Under the pieces are notes generated by a model. That model was not told the DNA's origin. It was given only the letters and a program-made list of their open reading frames with translations, and did no database searches. A DNA stretch of 64,000 nt from an uncultured bacterium (GTDB lineage Bacteria; JAGRBM01; JAHCIT01). Made by a program: the position numbers and the translations under genes. The stretch lies in assembly GCA_964565925.1 (NCBI GenBank), contig CAZMGV010000006.1, positions 16,176-80,175 on the forward strand, in the 5' to 3' direction. Positions 9,623-20,935 of this stretch are shown here, in pieces (the first letter of the stretch is position 1; each line of letters starts with the position of its first letter).

Positions 9623-10303
9623 TCAGAAATTCTGGTAGATATTGGCTTGTCCGATACCGCAGCTGTCGGCCACGGCTTTCAGTTCGCCGATCATCTCTTT
9701 CTTGCCGCAGGCGAAGATCACTCCCGACGCCATGGGATGTTCTTTGGCGAACTGGTTCTGTACATGGACATGCGATTCGCCGGAAATGACCAGCTTCACG
9801 TCAATGCCTGCGGATTTCCAGCGGGCAATATCCGCTTCAAACGGAACCTGGTTCCGCTTCCGGCATCCATAGTAAAGATGAATGCTTTTCGCACAGCCTG
9901 GATGGGCGAGTGCGTATTCGATCACGGGCCGGATCGGCGTGATCCCGGTCCCCATGGCGAAGAGCCAGAGATCCGAATCTTTTGTAACCTTCTCGAGCGG
10001 ATAACCGTTACCTTCGGGACCCGTCGAGCGCACAGTGTCTCCCGGTTTCATGCCCGCCAGCCGGTCTACCAGCGGAGCACCCTTTTTCAGTACAAAAGTG
10101 AACGAACCTTTTTCAGCCGGACCCGAAGCGATGGCGAAATAGCCGGGCTTCTCCCCGCCAGCGGTCATCCGGACGTACTGACCGGGTTTCCGCGATGCCG
10201 CATCCACCGGCGTGCCGGCCGTATCGACGACCAGATGCAAAAGTTCGTCACCGATCGGCGACACTGACCGGATATTCAGATCAAAAAAACCGTCATTCGA
10301 CAT
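9623..10303 (-). CDS. FAD/NAD(P)-binding oxidoreductase, FNR family
   Basis: PGQYV, YFAIAS, GPEGNGY, AMGTGITPIR, LYYGCR, FACG. Confidence 0.88.
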   Translation of the reverse strand: MSNDGFFDLNIRSVSPIGDELLHLVVDTAGTPVDAASRKPGQYVRMTAGGEKPGYFAIASGPAEKGSFTFVLKKGAPLVDRLAGMKPGDTVRSTGPEGNGYPLEKVTKDSDLWLFAMGTGITPIRPVIEYALAHPGCAKSIHLYYGCRKRNQVPFEADIARWKSAGIDVKLVISGESHVHVQNQFAKEHPMASGVIFACGKKEMIGELKAVADSCGIGQANIYQNF

Positions 10304-10391
10304 CCCGACTGTCCTCTGCCTTAAAGCGGAATAATGATGGGCCGAACCATAGCCGAGCCTGCCACCGGGGCAACTCCGGCTTGTCCCTTTT

Positions 10392-11345
10392 TTGAACCAG
10401 CCTCACATGAAAGAGCCGTTGACCCTTGCGCCGATTAGGGGCAAGTACCCGGACGTGAACCTGCGAATACTGTGTTTAGGTGCGGTGCTTGCCGCCATAA
10501 TCCCCCATGCCGCCAGCGGCGAAGAAAAATCCTGGTATTTTCCGGTATGCCGCCACCTGAGTTTTCAGGGTAACGACGGAAGCCACTGCATGCCGGCGAC
10601 CGTCACCCTGAAGACCGAGATCATGAATGCAGGCCAGCCGTTTCTCGTGATCGGCGACCGGCCGAGCGAACCGGGAAAATACCCGTATTACGACCTGAGC
10701 ATGGACGTACTTCTTTACTATTCGATCGGCGACAAGCTGCAGACGAAAACCAAGGACGGTGAAGACCAGTGGCGGATGAACTACGCCGCCTCCGTCTACT
10801 GGTGTCTGGCGCCCGGCGCCGGTTCCAGCCTGAACCCCGGAACTACGCCCGGTGCACCGCTCCGTTGCGGGTCCAGTCACGGTCTCTGGTCCCGGGATTA
10901 CCAGGGACGCGGCACAGGCGGACTTCCCCCTGATTCAGTCGCCCAGCAGATACTCAAGGCGGCGATGCCTTCCATTGCGAAAGATATTCCGGCTGTTCCC
11001 CCGAAAAACGCCTGGCAGGGTTACAAGCTGGCGACGGCCGTCAGAGGGAAAAAATCCGGAAAAATCTGCAAGGAGCAGGTTCTGTCCAACCCTGCCTACC
11101 AGCAGCACATTTCAAATGTGGTGGCGGCGGAACTGCGGGGCATAGCAGCGCCGATGGTCGGTGAAAGCACGGCCCACCTCACCCTTTGCGACGGAAACGA
11201 TCTGGTCCTGAAAACAACACTGCCTGAAACAGAAACCCGCTGCACGCTCGCGCCCCCCTATGATCTGTCGGGAATAGACACGATTGCCGGCAACTGCGCG
11301 AAAAAATTCGGCGACGAACTGAAAAGCGGAACCCGGAAGCTATAA
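10392..11345 (+). CDS. Hypothetical secreted Cys-containing protein
   Basis: Signal-peptide-like LRILCLGAVLAAIIPHAASG; true start may be the GTG near 10455; about 8 Cys in the mature part. Confidence 0.65.
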   Translation: MNQPHMKEPLTLAPIRGKYPDVNLRILCLGAVLAAIIPHAASGEEKSWYFPVCRHLSFQGNDGSHCMPATVTLKTEIMNAGQPFLVIGDRPSEPGKYPYYDLSMDVLLYYSIGDKLQTKTKDGEDQWRMNYAASVYWCLAPGAGSSLNPGTTPGAPLRCGSSHGLWSRDYQGRGTGGLPPDSVAQQILKAAMPSIAKDIPAVPPKNAWQGYKLATAVRGKKSGKICKEQVLSNPAYQQHISNVVAAELRGIAAPMVGESTAHLTLCDGNDLVLKTTLPETETRCTLAPPYDLSGIDTIAGNCAKKFGDELKSGTRKL

Positions 11346-11365
11346 CACCGGCTGCCAGCGCGGTA

Positions 11366-11842
11366 TCAGCCTCCGTGCTGGTTGCGGAAGGCCGCTTCCG
11401 GTTCGGGTGGCAGGTTCAGGATTTCCTGCGGATAGTGCTCCACGATGAAATTCACGACGTCTTTGACCGAGATAATGGCGATCGGTTTGTGATCTTTGTC
11501 GACAATCGGCACATGGCGGTAGCCACCCACCGACATGCGGTTCATGGCGAACGCAATCGAATGATCCAGGCTGAGTGCCGACGGATTGACCGTCATCAGC
11601 TGGCTGACCTTCACCTGCTCCGGATTCAGCCCTTTGGACACGAATTTGTTGAGAACGTCACGCTCCGTGAATATCCCCGTCAGTTTTCCGTGACCGTCCA
11701 CCACCAGCACGGCGCCGAACTTGCGCTCCTGCATGATTCCTATGACCCGGCCGACAGAAGCGTCCATCTCCACCGTCACCGGTTTATTGGGTTCCAGCTC
11801 CCTGATTTTTTCCCGAAGCGCGCTGCGATCCATACCACTCAC
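11366..11842 (-). CDS. CBS-domain protein
   Basis: GAVLVVD..GKLTGIFTERD, VSQLMT, GGYRHVPIVD, IISVKD. Confidence 0.93.
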   Translation of the reverse strand: MSGMDRSALREKIRELEPNKPVTVEMDASVGRVIGIMQERKFGAVLVVDGHGKLTGIFTERDVLNKFVSKGLNPEQVKVSQLMTVNPSALSLDHSIAFAMNRMSVGGYRHVPIVDKDHKPIAIISVKDVVNFIVEHYPQEILNLPPEPEAAFRNQHGG

Positions 11843-12030
11843 CCCATCTGGCCGGTTCTTCGAATCGAACGGCTGGATATCTGCCGGATTGACCCGGTTT
11901 CAAAAGCCGAGGCCGTATCCGTTCAATATACCCCCGGCCCTTCCGTCCGCACAACGAAAAAAGAGTTCCCGGTCGCCGGAGTTTGACGCTTCCCGCACCG
12001 TTAAGGTACGGGACCGGGGCCGGAGCAAAC

Positions 12031-13083
12031 GTGTCAAAAGAGCCGAGAAAACTCACCTACAAGGATGCGGGCGTGGACGTGGAGGCGGGGGACCGTCTCG
12101 TCGACCAGATCGCCCCGCTGGCCAAAGCCACCCGGGTGGCTGGAGTCATGGGAGGCCTCGGAGGATTCGGAGGCCTGTTCAGGCTTCCCAAGGGTTACCG
12201 GGAGCCGGTGCTGGTGTCGGGCACCGACGGAGTCGGCACCAAACTTAAACTCGCGTTTGATTTGAACCGCCACTCAACGGTCGGGATAGACCTGGTGGCC
12301 ATGTGCGCCAATGACGTGCTCGTGCAGGGCGCGAAACCCCTCTTCTTTCTCGATTATTACGCAACCGGAAAGCTGGAAGTCGCAGCCGCCCGCGATGTGA
12401 TCAAGGGGATCGCCGAAGGCTGCCGGCAGTCCGAATGCGCCCTGCTGGGCGGTGAAACTGCCGAAATGCCCGGATTCTACCAGCCGGGCGAATACGATCT
12501 CGCCGGATTCGTGGTCGGAATTGCTGACCGCAAGAAGCTGATTACCGGCGAACGGGTCCGGGCAGGCGACGAAATAGTCGCCATTGCCTCAAGCGGTGTA
12601 CATTCCAACGGCTTCTCGCTGGTCCGCAAGATTGTTTCATCCTGCGGTCTGGATCTCAAAAAAACCTATCCCCGGACCGGCCGGCCGCTCGGCGAAGCCC
12701 TGCTGGAGCCCACCCGCATCTATGTGAAAACAGTACTGCCACTGCTCAATAAGTTCGACATCCGGGGCATGTCGCATATTACCGGCGGCGGGCTTCCGGG
12801 GAATCTGCCCCGCCAGATTCCGGCAGCGCTTCAGGCGGTCGTGGATCGTTCGAGCTGGGAGCTGCCGCCGCTGTTCAGACTTCTTCAGGATGAGGGCGGC
12901 GTTCCGGATGCCGAAATGCTCGCCACGTTCAACTGCGGCGTCGGCTTCTGTCTGATCGTCAAAGGCGGACAGGGAAACCGGCTTGTCAAAACGCTCCAGT
13001 CAAAAGGCGAAAAGGCCTGGTTGCTGGGAGAGATCGGGAAAAGACCCAAAGACCGGAAGGAAGAGGATTTCGTCCTATGCTAG
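12031..13083 (+). CDS. purM: Phosphoribosylformylglycinamidine cyclo-ligase
   Basis: YKDAGVD, GGFGG, GTDGVGTK, GGETAEMPG, SSGVHSNG, HITGGG, FNCGVG; GTG start at 12031 with GGAG. Confidence 0.98.
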   Translation: MSKEPRKLTYKDAGVDVEAGDRLVDQIAPLAKATRVAGVMGGLGGFGGLFRLPKGYREPVLVSGTDGVGTKLKLAFDLNRHSTVGIDLVAMCANDVLVQGAKPLFFLDYYATGKLEVAAARDVIKGIAEGCRQSECALLGGETAEMPGFYQPGEYDLAGFVVGIADRKKLITGERVRAGDEIVAIASSGVHSNGFSLVRKIVSSCGLDLKKTYPRTGRPLGEALLEPTRIYVKTVLPLLNKFDIRGMSHITGGGLPGNLPRQIPAALQAVVDRSSWELPPLFRLLQDEGGVPDAEMLATFNCGVGFCLIVKGGQGNRLVKTLQSKGEKAWLLGEIGKRPKDRKEEDFVLC

Positions 13084-13709
13084 GCGAAGGAAAACTGAAT
13101 ATCGCCGTAATGGCGAGCGGATACGGATCCAACTTCCAGGCCATCCTGGACTCGAGCGCACTGCGGGAGATCGGTGTCAAGATTGTCTGTGTCGTGACCA
13201 ACGACCCCAAGGCGTTCGTCATCGAACGTGCCAGACGGGCGAATATTCCCGTTGAAGTCGTCGATCACAAGGATTTCCCGGCCCGCGAAGCTTACGACAG
13301 AGAACTTCTCAAGCGGCTCGACAAGTACCATCCCGATCTCATCTGTCTGGCGGGCTTCATGCGAATTCTGTCGCCCGTGTTCCTGCGGGCCTATCACCGC
13401 AAGGTACTGAACATCCATCCGTCGCTGCTGCCGGCGTTCCCAGGCATCCGCATCCACGAACAGGTGATCGATTACGGAGTCCGGTACACGGGCTGTACCG
13501 TGCACTTCGTGGACGAAGGCGTCGATACCGGTCCGATCATCCTGCAGGCCGTCGTTTCAGTCGACGACGACGATACGCCCGAAAAACTGGCCGACCGGGT
13601 TCATGAAGAAGAGTACCGGATCTATCCGGACGCCATCCGCCTGTTCGCCCAGAAACGGCTCGAGATCGACGGCCGGCGGGTGAAGATTTTGCCGCCCAAA
13701 AGCCACTAA
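13077..13709 (+). CDS. purN: Phosphoribosylglycinamide formyltransferase
   Basis: ASGYGSNFQAI, LAGFMRIL, NIHPSLLPAF, GCTVHFV, DTGPII. Confidence 0.98.
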   Translation: MLGEGKLNIAVMASGYGSNFQAILDSSALREIGVKIVCVVTNDPKAFVIERARRANIPVEVVDHKDFPAREAYDRELLKRLDKYHPDLICLAGFMRILSPVFLRAYHRKVLNIHPSLLPAFPGIRIHEQVIDYGVRYTGCTVHFVDEGVDTGPIILQAVVSVDDDDTPEKLADRVHEEEYRIYPDAIRLFAQKRLEIDGRRVKILPPKSH

Positions 13710-14368
13710 CGCTGCGGGCCGTTCATGACGGCCAGTGCTTTTTCGTACATTCCCTTTTTGAGCGCCGTCATGGTCGGCCGGTGCTTGGCCGCCAGCGGGG
13801 CGACCCTGGCGATTGCCCGCGGAAGCACGTCCGCTTCGGCGGCCACCTCATCGACGATGCCCGCCTTCAGGCACTCTTCAGCCGACCAGCGCCGTCCGGT
13901 GACAATCGCTTCATGCGCGATCAGTTTCGGAAGTCTGGCCATGAGCAGTGCCGTCATGCCGGGCGTCAGCGGCAGCTTGAGATCGATTTCGGGCACGCAG
14001 TAGTAGCCCCGGTCTGCACGCATCACCCGGAAGTCGTGAGCTGTCGCCAGCATAGCACCGCCGGCGAAAGCGTGACCATTCACGGCGGCGACCGTCGCCA
14101 CTGGAAAAGTCATGATCCGGGCGAACAGCTTAACCACGTCTTCCACGAACAGGGCGCCTTTGGGTCCCTGGGCCATGATCCACATGAGATCGAGTCCGTT
14201 CGAAAAGAATTTTCCTTCTCCCGTCGTGACCAATGCCGCCGCGCCCGATGACTTTTCCACTTCATCCAGAGCCTTGTTTATACCCGCGAGCGTATCTCCG
14301 TTAAAACGGTTCTCGCCGGCCTTCATCGTCATAATGTAGATATCGCCCTCTTTTTTGAGCTCGATCAT
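13706..14368 (-). CDS. Enoyl-CoA hydratase/isomerase (Delta3-Delta2 isomerase-like)
   Basis: KFFSNGLDL, AVNGHAFAGG, HDFRVM, PEIDL. Confidence 0.9.
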   Translation of the reverse strand: MIELKKEGDIYIMTMKAGENRFNGDTLAGINKALDEVEKSSGAAALVTTGEGKFFSNGLDLMWIMAQGPKGALFVEDVVKLFARIMTFPVATVAAVNGHAFAGGAMLATAHDFRVMRADRGYYCVPEIDLKLPLTPGMTALLMARLPKLIAHEAIVTGRRWSAEECLKAGIVDEVAAEADVLPRAIARVAPLAAKHRPTMTALKKGMYEKALAVMNGPQR

Positions 14369-14573
14369 CGAATTCGCATCCTTCCGGTGACCGCCGGTAT
14401 TCTGTCAATCAGCCGGTCCGCCCCGGAAGAATGATAAGCGCGAATTTTCTGTTCTTCCACACACGGTGTTTTCCTCGGGATTCTTTCCGTTCCGGATTCT
14501 CCGGACCGCCTTGATGCAGCTGCCGCTGCGGACTTACTGTGGCCGGGTACAGCACCGCCCGCGCAGGAGCCAG

Positions 14574-16658
14574 ATGACCGACCGCAATCAGGACTGGGAA
14601 CGTGCCAAGGAGGAGATCCGCAGCCGGGTCGACCTCGTGGAGATCGTTTCGCGTTACACCCAGCTGAAGAAGGCCGGGCGCGACCGCTGGAAAGGGCTCT
14701 GCCCATTCCACGGCGAGAAGACGCCCAGTTTTTCCGTCGACGCGGTCCGGGGTTTCTATCACTGCTTCGGCTGCAAGGCGTCGGGCGACGTTTTCACGAT
14801 CATCCAGCAGAAGGAGCGCATGACGTTTCCGGAAGCCATGCGGATGCTCGCCGAACGGGCCGGTGTGGAACTGCCGGAAAGCGCCGGTGGCGAGGGCTCC
14901 CGGGCGCGGAACGAGGCCCGTCAGGAGCAGCTGAACCTGCTGGACCGCGTGGCAACCTACTACCGGAACCTGTTCCAGAAGGATCCCCGGGCGGCTGACG
15001 CCAAAGCATATGCGGAAAAGCGCGGCCTGACGGGCGAGACCGCCGACACCTTCCGGATCGGATATGCACCGCGTAATCGCAAGACCGTCGTCGCCCAGAT
15101 GGAAACCAAGAAGATCGATCCGGTTATCGGTATCGCGACCGGTATCGTCATTCCGCAGGACGGCGATGTGGAGCCGGGCAGGCAGTACACTTATGGCGAA
15201 CTCCGGGACCGTTTCATCGACCGGGTGATTTTTCCGATCGAGGACGACCGGGGACGCGTGGTCGGGTTCGGCGGACGGGCGCTGGGCGATGCACAGCCCA
15301 AATATCTCAACTCGCCCGGCACCGACCTCTACCAGAAGGGCCTGCTGCTTTATAACTTTCACCGGGCCCGCGAGCACATCAACGACGACAACGGCGTCAT
15401 TATCGTGGAAGGCTACATGGACGCCATCGCCTTCTGGCGGGCCGGAGTAAAAAACGTCGTCGCACCGCTGGGAACCGCACTGACGATCGAACAAGCCCAG
15501 AAGCTCGTCCGTCTGACGAAAAAAATATATCTCTGCTTTGACGCCGACGAGGCGGGCGAACGAGCGGCCCGGCGCGCGCTCGAAGTGCTGCTGCCTCTGG
15601 GCGTGGCGCCACTGCGAATCGCCGTACCGTCCGGAAAGGATCCCGACGACCTGCTCGCCTCGGAAGGTCCGCAGGCACTGCAGCGGTTGCCCCAATCGGC
15701 CGAACCGATGCTGGACCGGGTGATCGGACGGACTGCCGCCAAGACAGGGAATACTCTCGTCGACCGCCAGAGATCCATTTCGGAACTTTTGCCGCTCTTT
15801 ACGCTGGTGAAAGACCCTGCCCTCAAATCCGAAATGCTCCGTCAGACCGCACTCGCGTTCGGGTTTCCCGAACGGGCGGTCGAGGAGCAGATCGCGCGCG
15901 CGTCTGCCAAGAGCCGTATTTACCGGCGGGAGTCCGATGCTCCGCTGACGGACGCCGCTCCCGAAACCACCGTGAACCCGCTGGCCGCCATTCCCCCCGC
16001 CGTCCGGCCAGTCTATTCGATCTTCGCTAACCATCCGCTGCTGCGCGAGCTGATCGCCGAGAGCGGGCTCCGCAGTTATCTCACGGGACCCGCACTCGAA
16101 CTGTTCGACAGCTTGGTAGCGCTGTGGCGCGAAACCGGCGGTTGCGAACCCACGGACTGGTTCAACCGTCTGAACGGACCGGGACTGGTCGAAGCCGCTA
16201 CCGGTGTACTGGCCGCCGAAGAGGACCGGTTGAAGAACCTGAACGAGCAGAGCCTGGAACAGATGGTGCTGGACACGCTGTCGGCACTGGAACGCGACCG
16301 GCTGAAGGTACGCATCGGTGCACTTCGCACTGAGCTCGCCGAGCTCGAAAAATCAAGTGGGGACAGCGTCCGGATGGAGGCAGTCACCCGTGAATTGTTT
16401 GCCTGCCAGACACGAATCAAACAGACTAATCCTGCAACGGCAACTACGGCTCCGGCACGCGCGGCAAGTGGCGTTTCGGAACAGGTTTTGCCGGAGAGTG
16501 GTGAGCCGCCCGTAAATCCAGATACTCCTCCGTTTCCGGACGAACCGGAACGGACTTCCGTCGAGCACCGGTCTGACGGGAACTCTGCCGAAGAATACGA
16601 TCCGGCGGACGATTATTACGGCGCGGAAGATGACGATCCCGAGGTTTCTCCTGTCTGA
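14574..16658 (+). CDS. dnaG: DNA primase
   Basis: CHC2 zinc finger CPFH.EKTPSF...CFGC, GFGGR, KYLNSP, TOPRIM VEGYMD and CFDADEAG; extra Pro/acidic C-terminal tail. Confidence 0.98.
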   Translation: MTDRNQDWERAKEEIRSRVDLVEIVSRYTQLKKAGRDRWKGLCPFHGEKTPSFSVDAVRGFYHCFGCKASGDVFTIIQQKERMTFPEAMRMLAERAGVELPESAGGEGSRARNEARQEQLNLLDRVATYYRNLFQKDPRAADAKAYAEKRGLTGETADTFRIGYAPRNRKTVVAQMETKKIDPVIGIATGIVIPQDGDVEPGRQYTYGELRDRFIDRVIFPIEDDRGRVVGFGGRALGDAQPKYLNSPGTDLYQKGLLLYNFHRAREHINDDNGVIIVEGYMDAIAFWRAGVKNVVAPLGTALTIEQAQKLVRLTKKIYLCFDADEAGERAARRALEVLLPLGVAPLRIAVPSGKDPDDLLASEGPQALQRLPQSAEPMLDRVIGRTAAKTGNTLVDRQRSISELLPLFTLVKDPALKSEMLRQTALAFGFPERAVEEQIARASAKSRIYRRESDAPLTDAAPETTVNPLAAIPPAVRPVYSIFANHPLLRELIAESGLRSYLTGPALELFDSLVALWRETGGCEPTDWFNRLNGPGLVEAATGVLAAEEDRLKNLNEQSLEQMVLDTLSALERDRLKVRIGALRTELAELEKSSGDSVRMEAVTRELFACQTRIKQTNPATATTAPARAASGVSEQVLPESGEPPVNPDTPPFPDEPERTSVEHRSDGNSAEEYDPADDYYGAEDDDPEVSPV

Positions 16659-18713
16659 GTGGTGAGGGTTTCAGGCTTGGCACGATCCAGTTCTAAAAAG
16701 CCGAAAAAAACGTCCGCCGCAAAGAGCCGTCCGGCTCCCAAGGCACTCCCTGCGGCAAAAAAGGCATCGGGTCACAAACCGGGCAAGCCGGTGGCGGCCA
16801 AACAGATATCCAAACAGGCAAAGAGCAAAGGACCGGTCCGGTCCGGTGCCACTGAACTTATCGATATAACGACCATCAAGCTCCCCGCTTCAGTTCCAGA
16901 AACCGCCCATCAGGGTGTGATGACACTTCTCCAGAAGGGCCGGGTCCAGGGGTTCCTGACCTGGGACGAAATCAACACTACCCTTCCAGATGAAGCGAAA
17001 GATCCCCAGATATTCGACGAGATCTACCAGCGGTTCACGCAGGCGAGCATTGCCGTCGTCGACAGCGCTGCAGAAACATGCGAAGAAGACGAGGAAGAAG
17101 AATCCGAAGACGCCGACGATACGACCGCCGAGGCGGGCGCCGAAGAGGAATCCGAAGCACCGGAGACCGACTCGGTCTTCGAGGCTGAAGAGGCGAAGGC
17201 CCAGGAGTCCTCCAGCGTCGATCCGGTCCGGATGTACTTGAGGGAGATGGGCTCGGTCAGCCTGCTGAATCGCGAAGGCGAAGTCGTACTGGCCAAACGG
17301 ATCGAATCCGGCCTGTTCATGATGTTTCATGCGGCCTACAACTGCCCGACCGTGCTGGAAGACCTCGTGTCTCTGGGAGACAAACTCGAACGGGGTGAAA
17401 TCCGGCTCCGTGATCTTCTCGAGGAACCCGACGAAGAGATTGAGGACGAGGAGATCGTTCCCGACGCCGAGAGCCAGACGCTGGAATTCACGATCCAGTC
17501 GTTCAAGAAAATCCGCGCGCTTGTGAAAGACCGGGAAAAACTGGAGAAAAAGCTTCATGCCGTCCGCAACGGAACGCCTAGAGCCAGGACGGCGGCAGAG
17601 AAAGCACTGGGCGAAAATTCCAAAAAAATCACCGTCTTTATCCGGCAGATCCGGCTTCACAAGGCCCATGTACAGCGTCTTGTGGAACGGGTTCGCGAAT
17701 TCAACCGGGAAGTGAACGCCGTCGACCGTGAACTGATCGAAGTCGCCCGCCGGATCGGTCACGACGTCGACCGGCTGCGGGACGAACTGGTCAAGGTCAG
17801 ACGGTCAAAAAAACACGCCGAAGCGCTTTCCAAGAGTACTGGCCTGGCCGTTCACGAAGTGTTTCATCTGGATGGCGGAGAAGACGCCCGTCGTGAAAAG
17901 CATACCGAGATTGAAAGCCGCGCCAAGCTCACTCCATCCGAGATTCGCCGGCTGGTCCGCGAGATCAACGAGGGCGAGCGGGAAGCGGCTCAGGCCAAGG
18001 CTGAACTGGTCGAGGCTAACCTGCGGCTCGTGGTTTCCATCGCCAAGCGGTACACGAACAAGGGACTCCAGTTCCTGGACCTAATCCAGGAAGGCAATAT
18101 CGGCCTGATGAAGGCAGTGGACAAGTTCGACTATCAGCGCGGGTTCAAGTTTTCGACCTACGCCACCTGGTGGATCCGACAGGCGATCACCCGGGCCATT
18201 GCCGATCAGGCCCGCACGATCCGCATCCCGGTGCATATGATCGAGACGATTCACAAGATCACCCGGGTTCAGCGCCAGATGCTCCAGGAGCTGGGCCGCG
18301 AGCCGGGCCCCGAAGAGATCGCACTCAAGCTCGATATGCCGCTGGAACGGGTGTCGAAGGTGCTCAAGATCGCCCGCGAACCGGTCAGCCTCGAAACCCC
18401 GGTCGGCGAGGAAGAAGACTCGCATCTGGGCGATCTGCTGGAAGACACCTCGATGATTTCGCCGACAGATACGGTCATCAACGTGTCCTTAAGCGAACAG
18501 ACCCGCAAGGTGCTGGCGACACTGACGCCGCGCGAGGAAAAAGTCCTCCGCATGCGGTTCGGGATAGGCGCCAAGACCGATCACACGCTCGAGGAAGTGG
18601 GCGAGGATTTCTCGGTCACCCGCGAACGCATCCGTCAGATCGAGGCCAAGGCGCTTCGCAAACTCCGCCATCCCAGCCGGTCCAAGCGGCTCAAGACTTT
18701 CGTGGACGGCTGA
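16659..18713 (+). CDS. rpoD: RNA polymerase primary sigma factor
   Basis: [74 protein letters not shown]; Lys-rich N-terminal extension; exact start uncertain. Confidence 0.98.
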   Translation: MVRVSGLARSSSKKPKKTSAAKSRPAPKALPAAKKASGHKPGKPVAAKQISKQAKSKGPVRSGATELIDITTIKLPASVPETAHQGVMTLLQKGRVQGFLTWDEINTTLPDEAKDPQIFDEIYQRFTQASIAVVDSAAETCEEDEEEESEDADDTTAEAGAEEESEAPETDSVFEAEEAKAQESSSVDPVRMYLREMGSVSLLNREGEVVLAKRIESGLFMMFHAAYNCPTVLEDLVSLGDKLERGEIRLRDLLEEPDEEIEDEEIVPDAESQTLEFTIQSFKKIRALVKDREKLEKKLHAVRNGTPRARTAAEKALGENSKKITVFIRQIRLHKAHVQRLVERVREFNREVNAVDRELIEVARRIGHDVDRLRDELVKVRRSKKHAEALSKSTGLAVHEVFHLDGGEDARREKHTEIESRAKLTPSEIRRLVREINEGEREAAQAKAELVEANLRLVVSIAKRYTNKGLQFLDLIQEGNIGLMKAVDKFDYQRGFKFSTYATWWIRQAITRAIADQARTIRIPVHMIETIHKITRVQRQMLQELGREPGPEEIALKLDMPLERVSKVLKIAREPVSLETPVGEEEDSHLGDLLEDTSMISPTDTVINVSLSEQTRKVLATLTPREEKVLRMRFGIGAKTDHTLEEVGEDFSVTRERIRQIEAKALRKLRHPSRSKRLKTFVDG

Positions 18714-18756
18714 CTATTGAGAGTTGGCCGCCGTCCGGAACGCCGTTCGAAACGAA

Positions 18757-18779
18757 AAGGGCGCCTCACCGGCGCCCTT
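18757..18779. terminator. Intrinsic terminator between rpoD and leuD
   Basis: AAGGGCGCC-TCACC-GGCGCCCTT between convergent genes. Confidence 0.7.
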
Positions 18780-18802
18780 CTTAATTAATCAGACGATTCA
18801 GT

Positions 18803-19411
18803 TCACGCGAAGCTGTTCACGTACGGCAACTTCGAGGCAATTTTCTTCGTCTCGTCCTTCCCCTCGAGCAGGAAACCGATCGGGTCCCACTGGCCCTTGG
18901 TCAGCGACTCCCGGGCGCCCGGCTTGATCGTCAGCTTGAAAATGTCCGAGCCGGCCCGGACTTCGGACTTTTCGAGGTCGATGGTCACATCCGTGTCCGG
19001 CTTCGTCTGGACTATCTTGCCCAGTTTCTCGATGTCGCCCGGTTCCAGCGCCACGCACGGCATGCCGAGCGTCGTCGAGTTGCCGAAGAAGATCTCGGCG
19101 AAATTGGCGGCGATCACGGCCTTGATGCCGAACTTGGCGAGCGCCTGGGGCGCATGTTCGCGGGATGATCCGCAGCCGAAATTGCGCCCCGAGATCAGGA
19201 TGGTCGCGCCCTTGTGCTTGGGATCGTCCAGCGGATGGCCGCGGGAGGAGCCGTCCTCCTTGAACCGCACGTCGTAAAAGGCGTACTGGCCGAGACCGTC
19301 GAAGGTCACGCATTTCATAAAGCGGGCCGGGATGATCCGGTCGGTATCAATATCGTCGCCGGGAACATACACGCCACGGCCGGTTACTTTAGTGATTTTT
19401 TCGAGAGACAT
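18803..19411 (-). CDS. leuD: 3-isopropylmalate dehydratase small subunit
   Basis: DIDTDRIIPARF, NFGCGSSREHA, FAEIFFGN. Confidence 0.97.
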   Translation of the reverse strand: MSLEKITKVTGRGVYVPGDDIDTDRIIPARFMKCVTFDGLGQYAFYDVRFKEDGSSRGHPLDDPKHKGATILISGRNFGCGSSREHAPQALAKFGIKAVIAANFAEIFFGNSTTLGMPCVALEPGDIEKLGKIVQTKPDTDVTIDLEKSEVRAGSDIFKLTIKPGARESLTKGQWDPIGFLLEGKDETKKIASKLPYVNSFA

Positions 19412-19437
19412 ATCGGGACTCCTGATTCGTTTACGGG

Positions 19438-20847
19438 TTAAACCTTGAAAACTTCACGGGCGTCGCTGATCACGCCTTTCACGGCGGCGGCGGCCACCAT
19501 GACCGGGCTCATCAGCACCGTACGGCCCGTAGGACTTCCCTGGCGGCCCTTGAAGTTGCGGTTCGACGACGACGCGCACAGCTCGTCGCCCTTCAGCTTG
19601 TCAGGGTTCATGGCCAGGCACATGGAGCAGCCCGCCTCGCGCCATTCCCAGCCGGCATCGCGGAACACCTTGTCGAGGCCTTCCGCTTTTGCCTGGCGGT
19701 CCACTTCCTGCGAGCCCGGCACGGCCAGCGCCCGCACACCGGCCGCGACCTTCGTTCCCTTGATGATACGGGCCACTTCGCGGAAATCGCTGATGCGGCC
19801 GTTGGTGCAGCTTCCGATGAAGGCAACGTTCACTTTCGTCCCCTCGATCGGCGCCCCGCCCTTGAGCTTCATGTAGTCCAGCGCTTCGGCGATAGACGCC
19901 TTTTCCGCATCAGTCTTCGCATCGGCGGTTGCCGGGACTTTTTCCTTTACCGAGATCGCCTGCCCGGGATTGATGCCCCAGGTGACGGTCGGCGCGATGT
20001 CGGCGGCGTTAATCTCGACCACGTCGTCGTATTTCGCGTCCGCATCGGAAGCGACCGACTTCCAGTAGTGGACCGCCTTCTCCCAGGCAGCTCCCTTCGG
20101 GGAGTACTGACGGCCCTTGAGATACTCGAAGGTCTTCTCGTCCGGATTGATATAGCCGACCCGGGCTCCGCCTTCGATCGACATGTTGCAGACGGTCATG
20201 CGTTCTTCCATCGAGAGGTTCTGGATGGTCGAACCGGCGTATTCGTAGGCGTATCCGGTACCGCCGTTCACGCCGAGCTTGCGGATGATGTGCAGGATGA
20301 TGTCCTTGGCATAAACGCCAGGTCCGAGCTTCCCGTTCACCGAGATCTTGCGCACTTTCATGGGCGGCAGACTCAAGGTTTGCGTCGCCAGCACGTCACG
20401 CACCTGGGTGGTGCCGATGCCAAAAGCGATGGCGCCGAACGCTCCGTGGGTTGAGGTATGCGAGTCGCCGCAGGCGATCGTCGTGCCGGGCTGGGTAAGA
20501 CCCAGCTCCGGACCGATCACATGGACAATGCCCTGCTTGCCCGAGGCGTCGTCGAAAAACGGGATGCCGAAGTCGGTACAGGCGTCTTTGAGCGCCACGA
20601 TCATCCCTTCGGCCAGCGAATCCTGATAAGGACGCGCGCGCGTGTCGGTCGGGATGATGTGATCCACGGTGGCGAAGGTCCGCTCCGGCATGGCTACCTT
20701 AAGCTTCAGATCACGCATCATGCCAAACGCCTGCGGACTCGTGACCTCGTGAATGAGGTGCAGGCCGATAAACAGCTGCACCTGGCCGCCCGGCAGCTGC
20801 CGCACGGTGTGGGAATCCCAGACTTTCTGAAACAGGTTCTTGCCCAT
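19438..20847 (-). CDS. leuC: 3-isopropylmalate dehydratase large subunit
   Basis: [49 protein letters not shown]; start MGKNL at 20847 with GAGG. Confidence 0.98.
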   Translation of the reverse strand: MGKNLFQKVWDSHTVRQLPGGQVQLFIGLHLIHEVTSPQAFGMMRDLKLKVAMPERTFATVDHIIPTDTRARPYQDSLAEGMIVALKDACTDFGIPFFDDASGKQGIVHVIGPELGLTQPGTTIACGDSHTSTHGAFGAIAFGIGTTQVRDVLATQTLSLPPMKVRKISVNGKLGPGVYAKDIILHIIRKLGVNGGTGYAYEYAGSTIQNLSMEERMTVCNMSIEGGARVGYINPDEKTFEYLKGRQYSPKGAAWEKAVHYWKSVASDADAKYDDVVEINAADIAPTVTWGINPGQAISVKEKVPATADAKTDAEKASIAEALDYMKLKGGAPIEGTKVNVAFIGSCTNGRISDFREVARIIKGTKVAAGVRALAVPGSQEVDRQAKAEGLDKVFRDAGWEWREAGCSMCLAMNPDKLKGDELCASSSNRNFKGRQGSPTGRTVLMSPVMVAAAAVKGVISDAREVFKV

Positions 20848-20935
20848 GGAACAAATCCTCGCTGCTCCCATCATGCGCGATCTGTTTTATTAAGAAAAAT
20901 GAAACTTTCTTTCTGATCTGTTAAGTATAACTACT

